A DNA stretch of 35,874 nt, from positions 1 to 35,874 of the forward strand of contig JALRAA010000001.1 in NCBI GenBank assembly GCA_023262645.1, written 5' to 3'. Under the pieces are notes generated by a model. That model was given only the letters and a program-made list of their open reading frames with translations. It was not told where the DNA came from and ran no database searches. Numbering within the stretch: the stretch's first letter is position 1; each line of letters starts with the position of its first letter. This document shows, in pieces, positions 1 to 7,631 of the stretch. The stretch comes from Burkholderiaceae bacterium (GTDB taxonomy: Bacteria; Pseudomonadota; Gammaproteobacteria; Burkholderiales; Burkholderiaceae_C). The position numbers and the translations under genes were made by a program.

Positions 1-7
1 CACAAAC

Positions 8-1141
8 ATGGCCACTAAACGCGACTTTTACGAAATTTTGGGTGTTCCCAAAAACGCCAGCGATGACGAAATCAAGAAGTCGTACCGCAAGCTGGCAATG
101 AAATACCACCCCGACCGTAACCAGGGTGACGCCTCGGCCGAGGTCAAATTCAAAGAAGCTAAAGAAGCCTACGAAATGCTGTCTGACGCCGAAAAGCGTG
201 CAGCCTATGACCAATTCGGCCATGCCGGTGTAGACCCCAATATGCGCGGCCCGGGCGCTGGCGCAGGTGGCTTTGGTGGTTTTGGTGAAACCTTTGGCGA
301 TATTTTTGGTGACATCTTTGGACAAGCCCGCCGACAACAAGGAGGGGGCCGCCAAGTATTCCGGGGCAATGACCTCAGCTATGCCATGGAGGTCACGCTC
401 GAAGAAGCCGCCGCAGGCAAAGAAAGCGAAATCCGCATTCCCAGTTACGACGAATGCGACACCTGCCACGGCACAGGCGCCAAAGCCGGCACTTCACCCA
501 AAACCTGTGGCACTTGCCAAGGTCAAGGCGTGGTGCAAATGCGCCAAGGTTTTTTCAGCGTGCAACAAACCTGTCCACACTGTCGCGGCAGCGGCAAGAT
601 CATCACCGACCCGTGTTCACCCTGCCACGGACAAGGCAAGATCAAGCGACAAAAAACCCTGGAAATCAAAATTCCTGCAGGCATTGACGACGGCATGCGA
701 ATCCGCAGCACCGGCAACGGCGAACCGGGTACCAACGGCGGTCCACCGGGCGATTTGTACATCGAGATACGCATCAAAAAACACGAGGTGTTCCAACGCG
801 ATGGAGACGATTTGCATTGCGCGGTACCCATCAGTTTCACCACCGCTGCGCTGGGTGGCGAAATCTCTGTCCCAACGCTCAGTGGTGAAGCCGCTATCGA
901 TTTGCCCGAAGGCACACAAACGGGCAAGCAATTCAGATTGCGCGGCAAAGGCATCAAAGGGGTTCGCTCCAGTTTTCCTGGCGACCTGTACTGCCACATC
1001 ACGGTGGAGACACCTGTAAAACTGACAGAGCACCAACGCAAATTGCTCAAAGAGTTGGACGATTCGCTGAAAAAAGGAGGCGACAAACACTCTCCTTCTG
1101 AAGCGGGTTGGGCTGACAAGCTGAAAAATTTGTTCAGCTGA
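8..1141 (+). CDS. dnaJ: Molecular chaperone DnaJ
   Basis: J domain with HPD motif (KYHPDRN), G/F-rich linker, four CxxCxGxG zinc-finger repeats, C-terminal substrate-binding domain; 377 aa. Confidence 0.98.
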   Translation: MATKRDFYEILGVPKNASDDEIKKSYRKLAMKYHPDRNQGDASAEVKFKEAKEAYEMLSDAEKRAAYDQFGHAGVDPNMRGPGAGAGGFGGFGETFGDIFGDIFGQARRQQGGGRQVFRGNDLSYAMEVTLEEAAAGKESEIRIPSYDECDTCHGTGAKAGTSPKTCGTCQGQGVVQMRQGFFSVQQTCPHCRGSGKIITDPCSPCHGQGKIKRQKTLEIKIPAGIDDGMRIRSTGNGEPGTNGGPPGDLYIEIRIKKHEVFQRDGDDLHCAVPISFTTAALGGEISVPTLSGEAAIDLPEGTQTGKQFRLRGKGIKGVRSSFPGDLYCHITVETPVKLTEHQRKLLKELDDSLKKGGDKHSPSEAGWADKLKNLFS

Positions 1142-1165
1142 TATCCGGCTCACACCACGACTGCG

Positions 1166-1591
1166 ATGCAAAGCTTTCTGCCACGGCTTGCCAGTCAAGG
1201 GATTCGTTGTGCATTCGTCGTTGGGTGCATAGCGGTATCCACAGCGCAGGCCAGTCCTTTTTTGCGCTGCGAAGTGACTTATGCGGGCGCCACGCAAGTG
1301 GTGCATGCCACCCCTGTGGCTGATCCTTATGAGGTAGCGCCGGTAGACATAGCCGAGCGTTTTTTGTTCAAAGTGGTGATGACTGCCACACGTGGCCGCT
1401 TAGACCACGTGTTGATTTATACCTACTTGCAACAAGACCCGCGCCCTGTTCTGCTGCAACAAGCCAAATATTTTGCGCCCTTCAAACCCAGTCGCCAACC
1501 GGTGCTGCTGACCGGTGAGCAACATATTTATGGCGGGCCAATTGAGCGTGAACTGATTTACCGTTGCTGGTTGGGCGGCATAACACCATGA
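1166..1591 (+). CDS. Hypothetical secreted protein (141 aa)
   Basis: ORF with a signal-peptide-like N-terminus (…FVVGCIAVSTAQA|S). Its stop overlaps the next ATG (ATGA, 1588-1591). The mature part has two Cys near its ends. Confidence 0.7.
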   Translation: MQSFLPRLASQGIRCAFVVGCIAVSTAQASPFLRCEVTYAGATQVVHATPVADPYEVAPVDIAERFLFKVVMTATRGRLDHVLIYTYLQQDPRPVLLQQAKYFAPFKPSRQPVLLTGEQHIYGGPIERELIYRCWLGGITP

Positions 1592-2574
1592 TGAGCCGCA
1601 GTGCATGTTCTTGGATAGCGGGTCTGATGGTGTACGTGGGTTTGGTACTCAACACACATGCTTCACCAACCGTCAGTCTGGTGTTTGCCGGCGACACCGT
1701 ACTGGACGACACAGCGGGCGAGTTGATCGCACAAGGCGGTGACCCGTTTGCTCCGTTTGCAACTTATTTGAAAACCGCTGACATCCGAATCGCCAACCTT
1801 GAATGTGTGGTGTCTACCCTCGGGCAAGCCGGAGACAAGGTCTACACCTTCAAAGCGCATCCGCGCGTGCTGCCGGTGGTGAAAAAGCATTTCGATGCGG
1901 TGGCATTGGCCAACAACCACAGCGGCGACTTTGGGCCAGCCGCATTTGCAGACATGTTGCAACTGATTGCTCAGGCCGGTCTTCAACATGTTGGCGGCGG
2001 AATGAATTTGAAGCAAGCGCACACGCCATTGGTGTTCCAACGCCAGGGCTTGCGCATTGCGGTGTTGAGTTACAACGAATTTCACCCGCGCAGTTTTGAA
2101 GCGGGTCACGACACGCCCGGCGTGGCATGGAGTGAAGACCAACAAGTGGTGGCTGATATCCGAGCCGCGAGACAACAATACCAAGCGGATTTGGTCATAC
2201 CCATCATGCATTGGGGCTGGGAAAACGAAAGACAAGCCAATCCCAGGCAACGTTTCTTGGCGCAACGCATGGTTGATGCAGGCGCAGATGCCGTCATTGG
2301 TGGTCACCCGCATGTCACCCAAGACATTGCGATTTACAAAGGCAAGCCCATTGTTTTCAGTGTGGGCAATTTCGTCATGAAAGAAACCGACAACGCATAT
2401 CAGCGTCAGGGTTGGTTGTTGAAACTGTATCTGGACAAACGGGGTGTGACCGGTTTTGAAACGCTGCCGGTCAATATCGACTTGGATGGCTTGCCGACAG
2501 TGGCTACTGAAACAACCAGTCCTTGTTGGACGCGCGGCGAAAAAATTACACGCGTGTGTGACCCCCGCAAATAA
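1588..2574 (+). CDS. CapA / PGA_cap family metallophosphoesterase-fold protein, probably exported
   Basis: Family motifs FAGD, ANLE, LANNHSGDFG, MHWG, IGGHPHV, FSVGNF; hydrophobic N-terminal signal. Start set at ATG 1588 from the ATGA overlap. Confidence 0.9.
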   Translation: MMSRSACSWIAGLMVYVGLVLNTHASPTVSLVFAGDTVLDDTAGELIAQGGDPFAPFATYLKTADIRIANLECVVSTLGQAGDKVYTFKAHPRVLPVVKKHFDAVALANNHSGDFGPAAFADMLQLIAQAGLQHVGGGMNLKQAHTPLVFQRQGLRIAVLSYNEFHPRSFEAGHDTPGVAWSEDQQVVADIRAARQQYQADLVIPIMHWGWENERQANPRQRFLAQRMVDAGADAVIGGHPHVTQDIAIYKGKPIVFSVGNFVMKETDNAYQRQGWLLKLYLDKRGVTGFETLPVNIDLDGLPTVATETTSPCWTRGEKITRVCDPRK

Positions 2575-2601
2575 CGCCTATTGCGCTCAACCAGTTTCCA
2601 T

Positions 2602-3069
2602 TTACAAAAACCGATCTAGCAACTTGCGGCTGTGTCTATCAAGAGCCGGTAAATCGCGGATCAAAAACTGCACGCCGTGCTCATCGGCAACGATCAGCGT
2701 TTTGGCGCTGATGCGGCGTATGTCTTCTTCGCCACGCAGCACAAATTGCGTCATTCCCCGGTGCGTTTGTACCGTCCAAGTCGAGGGGGTTGAAAAACTG
2801 CTGACACTTTCAACCCGCTGAATTTCAGGCATGAATTCACGCGCTTGCAAGGCCGCAAGAACCGCTTGCTTTTGGGGCGCAGGCAAAGTCAACGGCTGTG
2901 GAATCCACAAGAGTTCATGGCCGTCTGCATCCAAAACAGACACCGCTTCGTCAGGTGCACCAATCGGGAATGCGCGCACCACCACCACGGGCTGGTGCAA
3001 CACTTCGTCCAAACGCAGTTGCCAATGACCTTGTGAATTCAAGCTCAGTTCGAAAGCAGCATGGCTCAT
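2602..3069 (-). CDS. DUF1854-family protein (cyanophycin-locus associated)
   Basis: 155 aa with VRAFPI, REFMPEI, TPSTWTVQTHRG, LRGEEDIRR and SRKLLDRFL, typical of this family. 4-nt overlap with the ABC gene. Confidence 0.8.
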   Translation of the reverse strand: MSHAAFELSLNSQGHWQLRLDEVLHQPVVVVRAFPIGAPDEAVSVLDADGHELLWIPQPLTLPAPQKQAVLAALQAREFMPEIQRVESVSSFSTPSTWTVQTHRGMTQFVLRGEEDIRRISAKTLIVADEHGVQFLIRDLPALDRHSRKLLDRFL

Positions 3070-5342
3070 ACCTTGTGCTCCTTGAGCGAGCCAAGCGTCA
3101 AGCCCATTTCTTCGGCCTGTTTTTGGCGCGCCTGCGCTTCATACAAACGCCAGTAGGCCCCTTGAGTGGCCAGCAGTTCGTCGTGTTGCCCTTGTTCCAC
3201 CAACTGGCCGTGTTCCATCACCACCAAACGGTCGGCTCGGCGCAAGGTAGACAAACGGTGGGCAATCGCGATGGTGGTTCGTCCACGCACCAAGTTGTCC
3301 AACGCCTTTTGGATTTCTTGCTCGGTCTCGGTATCGACCGATGAGGTGGCTTCGTCCATGATCAATATGCGCGGGTCGATCAACAAAGCGCGTGCAATGG
3401 AAATGCGCTGGCGTTCACCCCCAGACAAACCTTGTCCCCGCTCGCCCACCAACGAGTCGTAGCCTTGCGGCAGCCGCAAAATAAATTCATGGGCATGCGC
3501 GGCTCTGGCGGCGGCCACAATTTCTTCGCGCGTCGCTTCCGGTTTGCCATAAGCGATGTTGTCGGCGATGGTGCCAAAAAATAAAAAAGGCTCTTGCAAC
3601 ACCAACCCGATGTGACGCCTGTAATCGGCAATCCGTATGTCTCTGATGTCGGTGCCATCTATCAGAATCGCGCCTTCGCTCAAGTCGTAAAAGCGGCATA
3701 TCAAATTGACCAACGTACTTTTGCCGGAGCCGCTTTGCCCCACCAACCCGATCATCTCGCCCGGGGCAATGTCCAGCGTCAAATCTTTGATGACAGCGCG
3801 GTTGCCATAGCGAAAACCCGCGTGGCTGATTTGTATGCGTCCGACAACTTCAGGCAATGCCACAGGGTTAAGTGGTTCAGGAACGCTGGAGACATGGTCC
3901 AAAATTTCAAAAATACGTTTGGTGCCTGCCGCCGCTTTTTGCGTGTGCGACACGATACGGCTCATGGCGTCTAAGCGTGCATAAAAGCGCGTGCTGTAAG
4001 CCAGAAAGGCGGTCAACACACCCACGGTCACCTGATGGTGTGCCACTTGCCAAATGCCAAACGCCCACACCACCAGTAAACCGATTTCGGTGACCAAAGT
4101 CACGGTGGGAGAAAACAAAGACCATAAAAAGTTGATGCGGTCGTTGACCGCCAGATTGTGCTTGTTGGCTTCTTGAAATCGACGCGCTTCTCGTTGCTCT
4201 TGGGCAAAGGCTTTGACAACACGAATACCGGGGATGGTGTCTGCCAGCACATTGGTCAATTCAGACCAGACCCGGTCAATTTTTTCAAAACCGGTGCGCA
4301 AACGGTCGCGCACAATGTGAATCAACCAGGCAATGAATGGCAAGGGCAGCAAAGTGGCGCAAGCCAACCAAGGGTCGATGCTGAACAAAATGACTGCAGT
4401 CATCAAGATCATCAGCACATCGGTGGCAAAGTCGAGCAAATGCAACGACAAAAACACACACAGCCGGTCGGTTTCGCTGCCAATGCGGGTCATCAAATCG
4501 CCCGTGCGGCGGCCGCCGAAATATTCCAGTGACAGTTTCAACAAATGCTCATAGGCGGTGGAACGTAAGTCGGCACCGATGCGCTCAGAGGCCAAGGCCA
4601 GTACATAGGTTTTGAACCAACCCAACCCCCATGCGAGCAATGCTGCACCCAGCAATCCACCCAAATACATGGCGACCAAGGAAATATCTATTTGTTGCCC
4701 GTTTTGAAAAGGAATCAACACATCGTCCATCAACGGCATGGTCAGGTAAGGCGGGACCAGCGTGGCGGCGGTGGATGCCAATGTCAGGCAAAAGCCCAAG
4801 AACAGCTGTCCTTGGTAAGGTTTGGCAAACCGCCACAAGCGAAACAAACTCCAAGTGGATACAGGCACCTCTTCTTGCGCCAGTTCACAACTACGGCATG
4901 TGTCGTCGACACTGGCCAGCGGCGCATGACATGTCTGACACCAAGCCTGCGCAGCTTCAACCTGCCCGGCCATGCGCTGGTTAAAACGTGTGAGCAATGC
5001 ATGGGCTTGTGAATGCTGGCCCAAGGTAAAGCGCCAATCGGCCAATTGCTGCTGTTCGTTGAGCAAACGCAAATGGCCCACGCCTGCGAAGTCCGACAGT
5101 TCCATGCGGCTTCCCGGCAGCAGCGGCAGGCTGTGCCAGACGGATTGCGCCCCCGGTGCACACCCAATGAGGCGTTGGGCGGTCAGAACCAACAAGCCTT
5201 TAGCGAAATACAATCGCTCGTCGAGGTCAACCTCCAGCCAAGCTAGAACGTTTTCTTCTGATGTCAATTGAAGCTGCAGATCCCGACGCCACGAGGCTGG
5301 CAAATCCAGCAGCACTGGCGCAACTTGAGAGGGAATATTCAT
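3066..5342 (-). CDS. ABC exporter, fused TMD-NBD, with ~160-aa N-terminal extension (cyanophycin-locus associated)
   Basis: Walker A GQSGSGKST, signature LSGGERQ, Walker B ILIMDE, H-loop IAHRLST; membrane domain with several hydrophobic helices; N-terminal extension ending in CQTC-x10-CRSC. Confidence 0.93.
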   Translation of the reverse strand: MNIPSQVAPVLLDLPASWRRDLQLQLTSEENVLAWLEVDLDERLYFAKGLLVLTAQRLIGCAPGAQSVWHSLPLLPGSRMELSDFAGVGHLRLLNEQQQLADWRFTLGQHSQAHALLTRFNQRMAGQVEAAQAWCQTCHAPLASVDDTCRSCELAQEEVPVSTWSLFRLWRFAKPYQGQLFLGFCLTLASTAATLVPPYLTMPLMDDVLIPFQNGQQIDISLVAMYLGGLLGAALLAWGLGWFKTYVLALASERIGADLRSTAYEHLLKLSLEYFGGRRTGDLMTRIGSETDRLCVFLSLHLLDFATDVLMILMTAVILFSIDPWLACATLLPLPFIAWLIHIVRDRLRTGFEKIDRVWSELTNVLADTIPGIRVVKAFAQEQREARRFQEANKHNLAVNDRINFLWSLFSPTVTLVTEIGLLVVWAFGIWQVAHHQVTVGVLTAFLAYSTRFYARLDAMSRIVSHTQKAAAGTKRIFEILDHVSSVPEPLNPVALPEVVGRIQISHAGFRYGNRAVIKDLTLDIAPGEMIGLVGQSGSGKSTLVNLICRFYDLSEGAILIDGTDIRDIRIADYRRHIGLVLQEPFLFFGTIADNIAYGKPEATREEIVAAARAAHAHEFILRLPQGYDSLVGERGQGLSGGERQRISIARALLIDPRILIMDEATSSVDTETEQEIQKALDNLVRGRTTIAIAHRLSTLRRADRLVVMEHGQLVEQGQHDELLATQGAYWRLYEAQARQKQAEEMGLTLGSLKEHKV

Positions 5343-5370
5343 TCTTTTTACGATGACCTACAGTGATTCC

Positions 5371-5376
5371 ATTCTA
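5371..5376 (-). promoter_or_regulatory. Candidate sigma70 -10 box (TAGAAT) for the ABC/DUF1854 operon
   Basis: TAGAAT on the minus strand, 28 nt upstream of the ABC start, in the 84-bp divergent gap. No clear -35 identified. Confidence 0.35.
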
Positions 5377-5426
5377 ACCCTGCGTCATTTCCAACCTCTT
5401 GCACGACATACACAAGTCTTACCCTC

Positions 5427-7631
5427 ATGACATTTCCTGACATCGCCATCTTGCGCATGCGTTATTTGCGCGGTCCCAACGTGTGGACTTACCGCCCCGT
5501 CATCGAAGCCTGGGTCGATTTAGGCGCATTGGAAGACCACCCTTCCCACACCCTTCCCGGATTTGTCGAACGGCTGAACGCCTGGTTGCCCGGCATGGTG
5601 GAACACCGTTGTGGCGTTGGCGAACGCGGCGGCTTTTTACAGCGACTCAACGAAGGCACTTGGTGTGGCCACATCATGGAGCATGTGGCCATCGAATTGC
5701 AAACCTTGGCGGGCATGCAAGTGGGCTTTGGCAAAGCGCGCGAAACCAGTCAACGCGGTGTCTACAAAGTCGTGATTCGCACGCGCCAAGAAGAAGTGGG
5801 CAAAGAAAGCATGACCGCTGCCCGCGACTTGGTGATGGCCGCTATCAACAACACGGCTTTCGATCTCAAAGCTACTGTCAGCCGGCTCAAAACCATGGTC
5901 GACCGCTTGTGTTTAGGGCCTAGCACTGCGTGCATTGTGGATGCCGCCACCGACCATCGCATTCCTTCTATTCGGCTCACATCGGGCAATCTGGTGCAAT
6001 TGGGTTACGGGTCTTTGCAACGCCGCATATGGACCGCTGAAACCGATCGCACCAGCGCGATTGCCGAAAGCATCTCCAGCGACAAAGACCTGACCAAATC
6101 ATTGCTCACCCAATGCGGTGTGCCCATTCCTGTTGGAGAGGTGGTGAACTCGCCGCAAGAGGCGTGGGACGTGGCGCAAGACATCGGTTTGCCCGTTGTC
6201 GTCAAACCCACCGACGCCAACCATGGGCGCGGCGTAGCGCTCGACTTGCGGCACCGAGAAGACATCGAAGCGGCGTTCCTGGTCGCCCAACGCGAAGGAA
6301 CCGATGTCATGGTGGAGCGGTTCATTCCTGGCGACGAGCACCGCTTGCTGGTGGTGGGCAACAAAGTGGTCGCTGCTTCGCGCGGTGAAACCGCTCGCAT
6401 TGTGGGCGATGGTGTTCACACGGTGGAAGAGTTGATTGAATTACAAATCAACTCTGACCCGCGACGCGGCGAAGAAGAAGATTTCCCCTTAGACACGATT
6501 CGTTTGAAAGACCTGCCCACCGCGGTGCTGGAATTGCAACGCCAAGGATTGGATGCCCAAAGCATTCCCGCCAAAGATCGGGTGGTCGTGGTGCAACGCA
6601 CCGGCAACATGGGCATTGATGTCACTGACGAGGTACATCCGCAAGTGGCCGCTGTGGTGGTGCTCGCGGCGCGTGTGGTCGGCTTGGACATCGCGGGAAT
6701 CGATTTGGTGGCCGAGGACATCAGCAAACCCCTGCATGCGCAAGGGGGTGCGGTGGTCGAAGTCAATGCAGGCCCCGGCTTGCTGATGCATTTAAAACCC
6801 GCCATTGGCCAACCGCGTCAAGTCGGCAAAGACATCGTTGCGCATTTATTTGACACCCAACAACCCACGCGCATTCCTGTGGTGGGCATCATGGGCCGCA
6901 ACCACACCACCGAACTCGCCCATTTGGTCAATTGGTTGATCCATTTATCGGGCAGAAGAACGGGCTTGGCTTCCTCGCGAGGTTTGTTCATGGACCAGCG
7001 AATGGTTGATCCCAAAGATGCGCGGGTATTTGAAGCCAGCCAGCGTTTGCTGATCAACCGCGCATTGGACGCAGCCGTGTTTGAAAACACCCCTTTGCAA
7101 GTGTTGGAAGAAGGATTGCCCTACGACCGTTGCCATGTCGGTGTGCTCACCGACATGCCGGACCACACTGGCTTAGAAGACCATGACATCCGCACCCCCG
7201 AGCAAGTACGCAATGTGGTGAGAACACAAATCGATTTGGTCCTGCCAGAAGGTGTGGCGGTGCTCAATGCAGAAGATGCTGCTGTCGTAGACATGGCAGA
7301 TTTATGCGATGGCGAAGTGATTTACTACGCGCAAAATGCACAAAACACCCACCTGCAAACGCATTTGGCGCAGCAAGGTCGCGCTGTGTATTTGGATCAA
7401 GACCAAGTGGTGATGTCGCGCGGCACACACCAAAATATCTTGCTGAAACTGGATTTCCCAGCGATTGCAAAGCACCTGAAAGACGGCACCTTCCATTTGC
7501 ACACTTTATTGGCCTCGGTCGCCGTGGCTTGGGCTTTAGACCTTTCCCCCGATTTGATCCGTGCCGGTTTAAAAAATTATGGACAACCTGCCGCCATCGC
7601 CAATCTTGACCTTGCAAGGATAAACGCCTGA
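5427..7631 (+). CDS. cphA: Cyanophycin synthetase-like protein, short paralogue (CphA'-type, 734 aa)
   Basis: LRGPNVW N-terminus, C-x19-H-x2-EH N-domain motif, LGPST, ATP-grasp motifs VVVKPTDANHGRGV and EVNAGPGLLMH. The Mur-like domain has a degenerate P-loop and no C-terminal lid. Confidence 0.9.
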   Translation: MTFPDIAILRMRYLRGPNVWTYRPVIEAWVDLGALEDHPSHTLPGFVERLNAWLPGMVEHRCGVGERGGFLQRLNEGTWCGHIMEHVAIELQTLAGMQVGFGKARETSQRGVYKVVIRTRQEEVGKESMTAARDLVMAAINNTAFDLKATVSRLKTMVDRLCLGPSTACIVDAATDHRIPSIRLTSGNLVQLGYGSLQRRIWTAETDRTSAIAESISSDKDLTKSLLTQCGVPIPVGEVVNSPQEAWDVAQDIGLPVVVKPTDANHGRGVALDLRHREDIEAAFLVAQREGTDVMVERFIPGDEHRLLVVGNKVVAASRGETARIVGDGVHTVEELIELQINSDPRRGEEEDFPLDTIRLKDLPTAVLELQRQGLDAQSIPAKDRVVVVQRTGNMGIDVTDEVHPQVAAVVVLAARVVGLDIAGIDLVAEDISKPLHAQGGAVVEVNAGPGLLMHLKPAIGQPRQVGKDIVAHLFDTQQPTRIPVVGIMGRNHTTELAHLVNWLIHLSGRRTGLASSRGLFMDQRMVDPKDARVFEASQRLLINRALDAAVFENTPLQVLEEGLPYDRCHVGVLTDMPDHTGLEDHDIRTPEQVRNVVRTQIDLVLPEGVAVLNAEDAAVVDMADLCDGEVIYYAQNAQNTHLQTHLAQQGRAVYLDQDQVVMSRGTHQNILLKLDFPAIAKHLKDGTFHLHTLLASVAVAWALDLSPDLIRAGLKNYGQPAAIANLDLARINA

